Below, one piece after another: positions 25,134 to 37,184 of a stretch of 64,000 nt of DNA. A model generated the notes under the pieces. It did not search any database. It was not told the origin of the DNA and worked only from the letters and a program-made list of their open reading frames with translations. The stretch covers positions 744,001-808,000 of the forward strand of contig MU004181.1 in the NCBI GenBank assembly GCA_010093605.1, in the 5' to 3' direction. Numbering within the stretch: position 1 is the stretch's first letter; each line of letters begins with the position of its first letter. Source of the stretch: Lophium mytilinum. Lineage: Eukaryota. The position numbers were made by a program, and so were the translations under genes.

Positions 25134-25977
25134 GGGAGGGGAAAGAGGATGGGTTATTGGTGCGATGTGGATGGGTTGAGGAAGGCATCAAATTTAGTCG
25201 GCTATGGCTAGTTGTTAAACGGGTGGGTTGGGTATACCCTGGTTAATATCTGGATCGTCTAATGGATTGGAGTTTGGGTTGAAGGGGAGTTAGAATACGT
25301 ATCTATTTATCATCACATCATGTCTTTTGCGTAGAAATCGTGTTTTTGAGAATGACTACGTGAGCTGTATAAGTATAGCGGTGAAAATTGCTATATACCC
25401 ATAGCTGATGCAGATGAGGTCCGGGTAATGCTAATGGGACGACTGTAAAACCAGACCTCGAGGCCAGTGAAAGGTGATAAAAGCCTACGAAAACCGCGTA
25501 TCAGAGACAATCATTCTCATTTGAAGTTGGTGAGTCTATGTGTACCAGATGGTAAATCCTTTTCAAAAGTAAGGAGTTCAATGCAGCAAGAGGCTGTCGC
25601 TGCAACTAGGGTTGATAGTTCACATAGCTTTGATGATAGAAAACTTGTGTAGCTAGCGACAGTAGCGATAGTTAAACTGTTGAAATTGCAGGAGTCTTGT
25701 GTGTAAACGTACCCGTATAACTTCGCTGGCCAAGTCCTTCGAGGGTATTTGGAGGGTTTCCATCGTCGGACTCGACATTAGGCGACCCCGGACGACAAAG
25801 TGGTGTCGTGTTGTTGAGCAGTGATGTATAAGAAGAGCGGGAAGCTGAAAGCAAGTGACGAATGTTTTCGAAATATGGAGATCTAAACGGTGAAAGCCCA
25901 TTTTGATGTAGCGGACAGAATTCGAACTTTACATTCTGAAGCTTTGGGTAGCTGCGCTGTGATTTCGGCAGAAGCGT

Positions 25978-26880
25978 TTAGATGTTAGGAAAATATTGGG
26001 ACCAAGATACGGGTTCGTACTTGCCAGCTGGGACAGACTCCAGCGCAACAAAAGCCTTAATGACGGGAAAAGGGTTGAGGAAAAGGTACTTCCCAAGTAT
26101 GAAGTCGTCGAGGCGGTAAGACGAGCAGGAAAAAGATAGAGAAAGCGAGTGTAGCGCTCAAGACTCGCCAGTGCACCCCCCCAAACACCAATCGAGGATT
26201 ATTGTCAATTTTCGCTGATTATTGGCAATCGGGAACGAAATCGACCAATTATTTTGACATCAGCCAATGCTTGATTATTGGGCTAATTAGACCGGTCGCT
26301 TAACGGGGGGCAGCCCTCCAATCGCCAAACGGGGTAGCACAAGCCCCCGATTGCCAAAAATTGAGGTTGTACACGCCCCCGATTGCCAATCGGGAGGGAA
26401 CACAAGCCGATGGAACCCCCCAATTGCTAATCGGGGGGTAGCACAAGATTACCTCAAATTCGCAATTAGGAGGGAAAATAAGATAGCCCCTAATCATAAG
26501 AGGGCTAATTCTTAAGATAAAAGTTACCTTCTAAGATATCTATAAGTAGCGTAAACTTACACCTCTATGCTAGATATACTAAATATTTCTAAGATTTAGG
26601 ATGTAAATCTCCCCTCCCGATTAGCAATTAGGGGCTTGTGCTACCCCCGGTTTGCTAATTATCCTAATTAGCCCAATAATTAAGCATTGGCTGATGTCAA
26701 AATAATTGGTCGATTTCGTTCCCGATTGCCAATAATCAGCGAAAATTGACAATAATCCTCGATTGGTGTTTGGGGGCGCACACCAGCAATAAAATTCCGT
26801 TATTGTCGGAAATGGGAGAAGCCAGACAAGAAAAGAAGCTGCACCAGTTAAAGTTTGAAGGTTTAAGAGTAATATAGCGT
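25978..26880 (-). pseudogene. 3' fragment of a paralogue of the 31682-32947 membrane protein, split by a TIR element
   Basis: GAASFLVWLLPFPTITEFYCW [element] RVLS..; after a frameshift AFVALESVPAGKYEPVSWSQYFPNI* versus GAVSFLAWSFSFFTTTELYCWRVLS..AFVALRSVPAGVYVSVSWSQYFPHI*. Confidence 0.85.
26172..26782. mobile_element. Non-autonomous DNA transposon (MITE-like), ~119-bp TIRs, TG..CA ends, CCAG target-site duplication
   Basis: 26172-26290 is the near-perfect reverse complement of 26664-26782; CCAG at 26168-26171 and 26783-26786; subterminal GGGGTAGCACAAG repeats; TpA-rich core. Confidence 0.92.
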
Positions 26881-26895
26881 TCATCACTATGTAAA

Positions 26896-28578
26896 CTAAG
26901 CTCTGCAAGCAGCCAAGTCTTCAACAGTAAGCGCTAGAAGCTCCCTATCTTCGCTCTTATCCATCTCATCACCATCCCCATGCGACAGACATCGTCTTAC
27001 AACGCCTTGATAGATGCTCCCACACCGGAACCCCAACTCGGCCACTAAAACGTCCAAAGACTCTTTCCGCACCAAAGACTCGACGTTGTACCAGAACCCG
27101 ATCTCCAGCAACATGATCCCTAAAGCATACACGTCACCGGCTGCAGTCTTGCGTTTCTTCGGATCGCGTGGAAGGTACAAGGTAATGTCGTGATCTCCCT
27201 CTGATGGCATTGAGAGATCATTTATAACGTCTTGGGGCCTCGCATACGTGAAGCCGCTGAGGAAGAGCTTCCTATAGCCCGCTTTATGGAAAAAGACGAG
27301 ATTGTGACTATGGAACGCTTTATGCACCCACTCAACAGCGACCAAACTACCCAATGTCTTCGCCAGGCCGAAAGCAAGATCGAAGCGCTCGCTGAGTGAT
27401 GGCGGTGGTTGCTTAGTGCGGCGACAGGTGCGGACATGGTCGTAGAAGGAGAGCGGCGGTCTGGGATCTGCAAAAGGGGCCTTGAAGACGAGGCCGATGC
27501 GGTCTTGCGACAGGGTTGCAATCCACCCGAGTGGTTCGGGGATGCTGAAGTCTATCGCGCGCGCTCGGTCGTCGTCGTCGCTCCTGTTTGAGGACTCGGT
27601 GGACATGATTTTGAGCATTGCGATGAGGGAGTCGAGGCAGTATTCGGTGGCTGCGTTGGTCGTTTGCGATGCGAACTTCTCACGCCATTCTACTAGGATT
27701 GGTGTCTCGGCGCCGTTGACAGTGTTTTGTGGAGGAACATACACGCCATAAGTACGGGGCCTGTATGTATCTTCGGACTGTTCGCTATTTGACCATTGAA
27801 TGCACTTTGTCACCAGACCAAATCTTTGTAGAGGTGGGTCGTTAGAGGCCGGCTATGTCACTTTCTTAGTAACAGAGTAGAATAACAAAATAGCCGATAT
27901 TGTTCGTCTTACCGGAAGGTCATCTATTATTCTCACGCCCATCTCCTTGATCTTCGCACCGCGATTCATCGCCGGATACTCATTCTCGGAATCCGCTTGC
28001 ATCATTCTCATATCTCCGACGGTGTCTACAGCTGCCAGCGGGGCTGCAACTAGTCTATACTCTAAACCCACTCTCTTCGCATCCAGTATCAGATCTTCAA
28101 GATTATCATTCAGTTCCCTTAGTCTTTCAATCGACTCTTTGATCTGCTGCTTGTCGCTTGCCACCCACGATGTCTTCCTGACGCCTTTATGCAAGAACGT
28201 TGGCTTGAAACTCCTTGCAGTCAGTGATCTCTTGACCTTCAGCTGTGCGGGCGGCGGCGGAGAGGAACCTTGAGGCATAGATTCGCCTTCAGTCTTGTCG
28301 TGCCGTATGATAAGATCATTCAACTTCGTTAAGGTGTTTTCAATCACCGGCAACGTCTTGACGATCTAGTTGTCCGTACGACATCGCTTCGAGTGCAAAA
28401 CTATCTCTTTCAGTTGGTCTAGCTTGTACTTCTCACGGTCGAGAGATAGGACGAAGTACTGGATGTCCGCATCAAAATTTTTCCAGGTGTTCTGGTCGTA
28501 CAGCGAGAGACATGGTTGAAATTGCGCGATGATCTGAGCGGCTCCGAGAGCGAGACCCACGGCCTCCGTTGTAGACAA
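26896..28578 (-). pseudogene. HeLo (prion-inhibition) domain + kinase-like domain gene with TTG start and one in-frame TAG (28368-28366); intron 27912-27853
   Basis: EAVGLALGAAQII, DIQYFVLSLDREKYKL and SWVASDKQQIKESIERLRELNDNLEDL resemble HeLo; C-terminal WVHKAFHSHNLVFF, LSGFTYARP, GDVYALGIMLLEIGFW; three ORF-track pieces join in one frame. Confidence 0.75.
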
Positions 28579-28878
28579 GCACTATTGAAATGAGGAATAG
28601 TCGAAAAATTGTACGTAAGGCTTTGTGGCGGGTAGAGTTGATTATATGCGAGTGGAAAAGGCGCAGTTCTGAAGGCCGCCCCGGCGGCAGCCTTGCGATT
28701 GCACTGCCTCATCTCGGCAACTTTGATGAACCCACGTACCAAAGCGTGGCCACAGAAGTCGAAAAGTCGTTGTGAGAATGACCGAGGTTCTGTGTTTCGA
28801 TCCCCGTACTAAATAAAGCGATGAGTGGCCTGAAGGGCGTATTAATGTTTCCGGTGATTTATAAAAAATTGAAAAAAA

Positions 28879-29002
28879 GGGTCGCAGCGAGATTCGAACT
28901 CAAAAACAAAAACTTCGAAGAAGGCGAGCCACTCGCAAGCTTACTTGTCAACAACGGACACCGCTAGCAGTACCACGACTTTCGTCTAGTTACCACACGA
29001 CC
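28879..29002 (-). ncRNA. tRNA-like Pol III element or tRNA pseudogene, identity undetermined
   Basis: Acceptor stem GGTCGTG/TGCGACC, T-arm and B-box GAGTTCGAATCTC, T7 run directly downstream; non-canonical 124-nt body. Confidence 0.6.
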
Positions 29003-29221
29003 ATTGGAGCTTTTCAGAGATTGAGCGTTTGGTGCAAACCTCGCTTGGAAGATGGAATACTGCCAGAATATTCTAGTATATAAGGCCTTAAAGATAGTTT
29101 ACTCTCACATTTTAAGTTATGACAGGTTATGTCAAGATCTTGGCTCAGTGCACATAACGCATAAGCTGCCCATCTCAGCCATCGGTCCTGACAACGGACC
29201 GCCTTGTGGCCGGACCTATAA

Positions 29222-30525
29222 CTAATGGATCCACCAAAACCAAAGGACCTCATCTTCCGACGAAGGGCCTACACTTATCCAGCATAATGCGAAATACGTC
29301 GCAAACATGGAAACTAAGGCGATCAAGATTGCGACAGTAACCAATTTGGGTATGTACCAAAACCAGAAGAATGGAAGCTTCACCCAAGTATAGATCGTCA
29401 GCGCAAGCCAAAAACCGGCTGCTATTCCACCGGAGATGAAAGCATGCCGTATGCTGACCGACCATCCGTGATTAAATAAGTTGGATTTTCGCATGCCGCG
29501 GATGGTCATGAGATCTAGCGGTGAACCTTGGAAGAACTCGAGGAGACTTTGCTTGGGAAAGCCGCTCCGGCGTTTCTTGTTGTTCGAGAAGGTATCCAGG
29601 GTTGCGCCAAGTGTCTCGAAGCCTTTGTAGGACGTCGGAACGATGATTTCCCAGTGAGTGAATGGGAGAAGAAATCCCTGCAGCGAAAGAGCGTATAGAA
29701 GAGAGCGAAAGTCTGCATGAAGTCGCATTGACTGCTCAAGGATCGAAAGCTTCCTGTACGGTATGCCAAACCAGACTCCAATCGGTGAGTTTTCTGCCTC
29801 GGGAAAGATATCAAGCAGACATTGCCATGCGGACTGAACATCTTTGCAAGCGCGTTTTAACAGCTCTCCCCCACCCTCAGATCCGCGGCGATCGTAGAGG
29901 CTGCTCACCTGGGCGAACTTGTCGTTCGGGTTCCACAAAGCTGATGAGAATAGACTAAAATCTCCGCCAGTAGTGGAACTGTACAGCAGCCGGTACGCAT
30001 AATATCCGCCTGCTTCTCTAAGCTTACCGGGAATATAGCTGCCTCCTCGAGGGAGTTCACCTGTGAGCAGTGAGCTGTTGCTAGCGCCAAAGAAGAACTA
30101 TATAATTTCTGGGTGCACAAAATCAATGGACATTGCTTGATCCAAAACAGTGGTGTAGGGGCTTGTCTTTTCCATCAGCGAAGCAACATGGTCGTATCTT
30201 AGCAGGAACAACGAGAAGCCCCAGAAGCGGCGGTACACGGCATGGAGCAGGGGCGGAAAATAGAACTTTCCCATCATCTGGCGACAGTCAACACTGGAAG
30301 TGTCCGAGTACGGCGAATGGCCGTGTGGATGGTACGATTGGACGCCCATTTGCTTCAATTGGTATCTTAGACTTGTATCAGCTACGCCATTCAAACTCAC
30401 TGATTGGGAACTCACGCAAACCAAAGATCACGGTGCTCCGCATACGCTAGGATGGTATATCCATTTGCTTGATCTGGCGGTCCAGGAGGTGTTCGCCTCA
30501 TGTCCTCCAGGTGTAGAGGCTGCAT
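29222..30525 (-). pseudogene. Hypothetical ~415-aa protein with two C-terminal TM helices, interrupted by one in-frame TAG (30100-30098). Exons 30525-30416, 30365-29222
   Basis: GCCATG start, GTGAGT..GCTGAT..AAG intron; ORFs 30098-30424 and 29222-29938 share a frame with 53 open codons between them. Confidence 0.6.
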
Positions 30526-30684
30526 GGCGCTTTGGGGGCCAAACGAGGCTGCGCTATTCTACATCTACTTCTTCCTGCATGGGTCCAACGGCTGGCCAAG
30601 GCTTCATCATGCCCTCTGTGGCGCCAGAAGCGCTCTTTCCCCCGTCTTCTTGCGTGGTCCATAATTCCATCGCTGGCCGCGAAC

Positions 30685-31227
30685 ATGTTCCCACGACGCG
30701 TCTTCAACAGGGAGGACTCCGCCGCGGATGCCGTGTCGCTGCATAGCTTTGTTGGCGATGGGGCAGATCAGTCGGACGACGAACAAGGGATGCGCTCGAG
30801 GAATACTGCGACTCTAGACCTGGACCTGTACCTGGACGTTGACGACGGTGATGAAGGGGACCGAGGGGACGAGCCCGCCCCGGACGGCTACTTCGTCCTC
30901 GCTTGCCAGCTCTTCTCGACTGGATCGTATGCCGTGACCTCAAAAGGTCCGCTACCCCCAGGATTTGACCGTGGAGACTACGCAAAGGCCCACCATGACC
31001 TTTATCAAGACCGAGATTCCCCGTCTCATTCCTGGCAACCGTGGCTGTCTGGTCGACCTACAAGATTCGCACTTCCCATCACCATATGGCTCGTAGTCCT
31101 ATTTCATCTAGCGGTTTCACACACGTCAGTCACAAAAGTACGCCTCTACGGGCCATGTGCTATTGCATCTGCTTTTGCGTATATTACCAACTTGATCATC
31201 ACTCGCCAAGGTCTCTGCAGTGCATAA
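30685..31227 (+). CDS. Hypothetical small acidic protein with one hydrophobic segment
   Basis: Open frame from MFPRRVF, acidic tract, FALPITIWLVVLFHLAV; possible GTACGC..CAG intron makes the 3' end uncertain. Confidence 0.35.
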   Translation: MFPRRVFNREDSAADAVSLHSFVGDGADQSDDEQGMRSRNTATLDLDLYLDVDDGDEGDRGDEPAPDGYFVLACQLFSTGSYAVTSKGPLPPGFDRGDYAKAHHDLYQDRDSPSHSWQPWLSGRPTRFALPITIWLVVLFHLAVSHTSVTKVRLYGPCAIASAFAYITNLIITRQGLCSA

Positions 31228-31681
31228 CCACGGTTTGCGATTGAGCATACCGGGAAAGAGCGAGTACTTTGAGATTGCCGATGACGATGAGGAGGAAGAT
31301 GGTATGGTTATGGTGAGCCCGGATTGAAAGTAACGTTGTAGATCTAGTCACGCGGTACCATCACGCGATTGCAATGCCATGGAGTAGTTTGAATGTGCGC
31401 GCTCGCTGGGGGAACGAGTAGAACTGCTGGTTAGTCAGTAGTAAGTAGGTATTTGCTTAATTTAAAAACGAATCAGTAGATTAGATACAAATGAAATAGA
31501 TAAGTAAGTACCAATGGGCAGATTTAGTTACATATACGAAATTATGGTACTTGTGTCACTCGAGCTGAGGAAAAGAAGAGGAAACAAGATGTAGAAACGA
31601 ACGGTATATTACTTCCCGGCTTAGTTAATTGGTTGTGGACACCTTTTGCGTTGGTGCGCTACCTTATGGTGGAAGAAGCTA

Positions 31682-32947
31682 TTAAATGTGAGGGAAATAT
31701 TGTGACCAAGAAACGCTAACGTATACTCCCGCTGGAACAGACCTTAGAGCAACAAAAGCCTCAATGGCGAAAAAGGCTCTAAGAAAACAGTATCCTAGAA
31801 ATAGACTGGTGGCGAACATGTTTTCCTTAGGATTCATCAATACTAGCAAAAGCAAAACGATTGAGATAGCGGTTGCAACGCATGAGAGGACTCGCCAGCA
31901 ATACAACTCCGTTGTTGTAAAGAATGAGAAACTCCAGGCAAGGAAAGATACTGCACCAATTAAAATAAATGAGGAAACAACCACGAGCTTTCCTGACAAA
32001 ATTAAATTATCCTCTCGTCTAATATCGTCTTCGACTTTTGCTCTCACGGCGTCAACTTCGTCCTGTTCACCAGGTACAGTGAGCACCAAAGATCTCGTGA
32101 TGTCTTTTGGCTTATCCCACCAGCTAAGGGACGCTATCACAGTACACCCAATGTTGGTGAGGGTAAAGATTTCGAGGGTGCTGATTGGAAGATGCTGTGA
32201 GGCCCTCCCGATCGTGGTGGCCAAGAACCAGGTGAGCTGCAATAAAGTGATAGTCTTAGCAAAGCTATCGGCTTTGCTCCAGTCCGCTCTATCTCCTCTT
32301 GAAAACTCGGGTACCTCGACGAGGCCAGCTTGTGCGAGGTCCATGAATAAGGCTACATTCAGCTGATGAATTTGGCCGCCCTCGAGTTTAATCGTCATTC
32401 CTTCCATACAGACGAAGTGTGCGTGGACCCTGTTGGTGTAGACAGACTGAAGTATTCGGGTGTTTCGTTCCTGGAGGCTTAGATGTCTCTCCAGAGGCGG
32501 CAGGTTGCCCTCTTCTACGTCACCCTACTTGGTCAATCAGCAGCCGTGCTTCTCGTTTGACCTATATTGCCACGCATCGTCGTAACTTGATATAAGCGAT
32601 GTTTTGCCGTTGTCAGGGCCTGCAAATGGACTACTGAATGGCAGCCTTACGCTGATTTGCGGGCTCAGTGCATGAATCCTCTGTATCAGTCGCTTCGTTG
32701 CTACGGAGTCTGCAGCAGCTATCAGCACTACAGACTCCGGAAAAAGAAGAATCATCACTGTAAGCCAGAACCTATATCTGAAGTTGGTCCAAGAAGACCA
32801 ATAGGGCGGCGGAATTTCAGGGTGATATGCGGTCCACGTGCAGAGAAAGATGGTGAATAGGCAACTGTATAGCAACTCCGCAGTGCCGCGCCCTTCAGGA
32901 CTTGAGACCCAGCCAACTCGGGTAGAGTTCAATGTGTTGTTGTGCAT
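31682..32947 (-). CDS. Multi-pass membrane protein of a common uncharacterised fungal family. Exons 32947-32651, 32524-31682
   Basis: VGWVSSPEGRGT..SCLFTIFLCTWTAYHP, DWSKADSFAKTITLLQLTWF, LPISTLEIFT, WWDKPKDI; GTAAGG..TAG phase-0 intron. Confidence 0.8.
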
Positions 32948-33733
32948 GTTGATAGTTTGTGCGAGGAAAGATCGGATGGATGGCTAATTGCTTCCGAATA
33001 GCGAGCTTATACGTTCCTAACCGCCACTTTGGCCAATCCGGCTCCAGATGGGTGATTTGAGTCTTGCTTTGATATCAGGAGTGCTGCTGCAGTAGGGGCC
33101 AGAAGGATGCGAGGATGGACTGCGTGAGAGGTGATCGATCATGTATGTGAAAAGTTGCAACAAGGCTCAACATAGAGTAGGAATAAAAGGAACGGGTTCC
33201 TACGTGGATATATATGTTGAGACGGGACAAGGCGGAGGCTGAGTCAAAAGCGAGATGTATGGTGGGCGTGGCGGGGGAAAGTAGCAAATCATATGGGCAT
33301 ACGAGCCGACCCCATCATGCCTCATATGGAACGTCCTACCCATGTGACTAGTACATAACAATTAACCCGGAATGACGCTGGCATTGCTGGGTGTGAGTGT
33401 TATGACAATTAATTTGTCGAGGAGTCGTTGAAGGGCGGCCTTATTGAGGGAAACGATATCTCTATAGAGATGAGCAATCTAATTTTCGTTGCATAGAGTT
33501 GCTCGACACAGAGAATTCTTGACTGCGATTTAATGCATTGGTGGTGTTTAACTGAAGTCGCTGTTGCCGTGTGCCACGGATGAAGTAATGTCTTGGCGCT
33601 TTCATATTCGATAATACGAGGGTCCAGATTATTGCCCGTACAACGAACCTCACTCTCGCAATTACAACCTCTCTCACTTTTCATCCTTCTCAAGATATGT
33701 GCAATCCCTCGGCCTGAAAAGCTTCTCGCAATC

Positions 33734-36261
33734 ATGGCCTCCAGTCTCATCGGCATTTCTGTCATCCTCGCTCTCAGGAATCCACCAAACACCGTCGTTC
33801 AAGGTCGTGTGGCTCATGTCAATCCAGAGACGGCGACGCTGACACTGCAAAATGGTATTTGATCCCTATATGCTCACAAGGACCTCACGGACTAATGCGC
33901 ACAGTTCTATTTCCTGCGACCGGCCACCGCCTAGACAACTACACCGTTGAGGGCGCATCTATCGCTGACATCAAGATCCAAGAACCACCACCATCCCAAC
34001 ACCATATTCCACCTCCTCCGCAGGTGCAACACCAGAATGGTCCTCCTCCCCAGAATGCTGCCACATTCCCTCAGTACCAGCAATACAACGCGCAGCCAGT
34101 ACCTACTCCGCCGGTGCAGCAAAAGCAAACCTTTGTGGATCCAGCAATTCTCAGCGTTGGTAGACGACCCTCGAATCCACCACCTCCAAGCCAGCCCGTA
34201 TCCTCTATTCCCCAGGAAGCACCTGCTACGCCTATCAAGCCAATTAACACGGCGACAGCAGCTCAGATGCCCTCGAACACTTCCCCTTTCATCGGCAATG
34301 CCAAAGATCGCAGCTCGAGGAAGCCAAGTGCGGCCACGTTGAATGCGCCATTCTCTACAATAGATATTGCTGAAGCTGGAGAACCGGACTCGGACGAGCC
34401 TACAGTTAAGGATGGGTCAGTGCGGAGGGCTAGCATAACAAAAACGAGGAATGGGAAGCCCATGGACGACCCTGTCTCAAGCCAGAAACAGGCGGAGGCC
34501 GCCGCAAAACAGGAGGAGACTTGGAAGCGTACTAGGCGAGGTGGTAAGGCGCGAAGGAAGGAGCTTGCTGCTCAGGAGAGGCGCAATGGAGCTGACATTT
34601 CCTCTCCAGAAGCCGTTCGCAAAGGGTCAGTGCAGCTTTTCTTTGACCTTCCGTATCTTCCAAGAACCATTATACTGAACATGCATGAAACGTCCAGTCG
34701 AGGAACCGGCTGGCGACAGACACCACTTCTCCAAGCCCCGAATCAAGAAAATGTCCCCACACGAGATGGGCAGCAAGAGCGAACACCTGGTGTCATCGGT
34801 GGCAGAGTCGGACAAGAAGCAGCGAACGCCTCGAATCGGAAGAATAGACGCCAAAAGGCTCTCGAGGCTACAAATGGATGGGCTACGGAGGATGCTACAG
34901 ACATTCAGGAGCTTCCGGAATTCGACTTCGCCGGAAATTTGTCTAAGTTCGACAAACGCTCCGTCTTCAATCAAATACGCAATGAAGACACCACGGCTGA
35001 CGAAGATAGACTTGTCAGCCATAACCGCTTGCCTGCTAGGCCAGGAACACATGGTGGCAAGAACCTTCATCCTACAGAGAACGTCCTCGACAACAGGCGA
35101 GCCAGGACTGCCTCGGAATCTGATACTGAGGAGCTATCCGACTTCGGCAGCGGACAAAACTCACGACGGGCCATGTCCCGAGCCTCCGCCAAACGCCAAC
35201 CTACCCGTCAAGGAAGCGGTGTCCAGCCAGATATTGACACTCCCAGCCACTCTGGCGCACCACCGAGTCTCCTATCTCGTGGTACCCGCTCCTTGATCTC
35301 CCGCCCCTATGCCACTTCCTCCCACGCCACTGGCAGCCCTAAACCTGGCCGCGGTTCTAGTCCCCCAGGCTCACCTTTCCCAGATACCAGCTCGACACGC
35401 GCCTCCTGCCTCCGCATCGTCTCCAGCAACCGCAAATGCAACACCATCACCCCCGGCGGCATGCTCGCCGTCGAAGAGAGCGCCGAAGTTGATTTCGGTC
35501 TGACCGAAGACATCATGGCCGAGAACGCCGGCCGTGGCATCGCCGAAGTCGCCCTCTCCGCCATCAACCCGGGCGGCCGCCGCCTCGCACGGGAGAACCC
35601 CAACGCCCGTCCCGTCATCGTTGTCCTGGCTGGTAACCACCGCGGAGGCTCTCGCGCCATCGCAGCGGCTCGCCACCTCCACGAACGCGGCATCCGTGTC
35701 ATGGTTGCTCTCCTCGGTGCCGATCGCCCAGCAGACTGGGACAAGGATGTCCGGCGACAGGTCGATCTCTTTCGCAAATTCGGCGGTTGGGTCCGCACGT
35801 GGGGCGAAGTCGAGACCGCGCTAAAGAAACTCGAGGCTCCACCTGAACTTATAGTAGACGCACTCCTAGGCCGGCATCGCGAGTTCGATGCCCTCGGAGA
35901 CGGAGACCGCGGCACCGTCCTCTCAACCGTCGGCTGGGCGAACAAATCCCGCGCCGCCGTCCTCGCTGTCGAAACGCCCTCCGGCGTCGCGGGCAGCACG
36001 GGCGAAGTCGCGATCCTGGAAGGCGAGCCGCTGGAAGTCCGCGCGAAGTATATCGTCTGTCTCGGCGGGCCGCGCACTGGCCTTCTTCGCGCATTGCAGA
36101 ATGGCGCCGGGCGGGAGCCGGAGTGGCTGATCTGGATCGTGGATATCGGCGTTAACAAACCCTGGCGGGCGGCTGGGGGGAAGGGCGCTAAAGGGGTGCA
36201 GTTTGGGGGCGAGTGGGTTGTGCAGGTTGCGTTTGTGGAGGGGGAGGAGGTGGGGGTGTGA
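33734..36261 (+). CDS. EDC3: Enhancer of mRNA decapping Edc3 (LSm, FDF, YjeF_N). Introns 33855-33904 and 34626-34697
   Basis: N-terminal LSm-like strand pattern, GWATEDATDIQELPEFDFAGNLSKFDK, MAENAGRGIA and VLAGNH of YjeF_N. Confidence 0.93.
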
Positions 36262-37184
36262 TGCTTGAACTGTACTGTTTCTTGCTCTTTCTCTTTGCTG
36301 ACTCGCGATTAGGGTCGTAGCAGGAGGGGTAGGAGGCTTAAGAGGGATAGCGTTCGGGGTGGCAGAGATCGAAAGGCGAGTTGAGTCTATGAGTCGGCTT
36401 TTTGTCCTGATGCTTTTAGCGGGCTGGTGTTTTTGGGCTTGCTTTGGAAAAGGATGGGGCCACGGCAAAAGGGTTGACTTGGAATTGGATCGGATGCGCA
36501 CTGGCTGCACTGAGTCTGTGAGGAGCGAGGCCTGTGCTTGCTGGTGTGCGTGTATAGATATTAGGAATGAACTTTTTAGCAAACACTCGAAATGCTTGGG
36601 TATGGGGGGCGTGTGGTTGATTCGTGGGTCTAGGTGCTTGCGGCCAAAGCTGGGATTGGTATATATAGCACAGCACTTGCATTGCTCTCAATTATGCGTA
36701 AGGTTAGTCGAACTCTTAGGACAAGTTTACATTCGAAAAGCATCTGCGGCGAGATTGGTGGCTTTGAATGCCGAGGCGAGGAGCGTGTAGAGGAGCAATT
36801 ATACTGTGGGACGCTGATTATAGTCTAATGCACATGTAATTGAGTAGACAACTTGACGAGTTTCTCTTATAGATCGGTAAGCGCAAATGATCACTTGAAG
36901 TTAGCGTAGGAGGTGAAGCAGGAGTACTGGTAATTTGGAGAGTGTGTGGTAGTACGAGGTCCGATGTAGCCCTGGAGGGGTGTGTAAATAGCATCGGAGT
37001 AAGAAAAACGATGACGTTGATGGTGGAAGAGAGGAAAAAACAAGAAATTATGTAAGAATAGAAAGGTTTGTTAATGCTTATGTACATTGCGCTGTCACTC
37101 AGTGACTCCGGATATTTGTAGTATAGTAGGGAGATCTACTGCAACGCCGTGAAAGTAGGACGGCTAGGGAGTCTTGAAGACGGT

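Noticed and set aside
28994..29010. CACACGACCAT resembling the start of fungal 5S rRNA
   Set aside because: Similarity does not continue; it is the reverse strand of the tRNA-like element.
29980..30030. Possible GTAAGC..CAG intron in the two-TM gene
   Set aside because: 49 nt, breaks the frame, and has no branch site.
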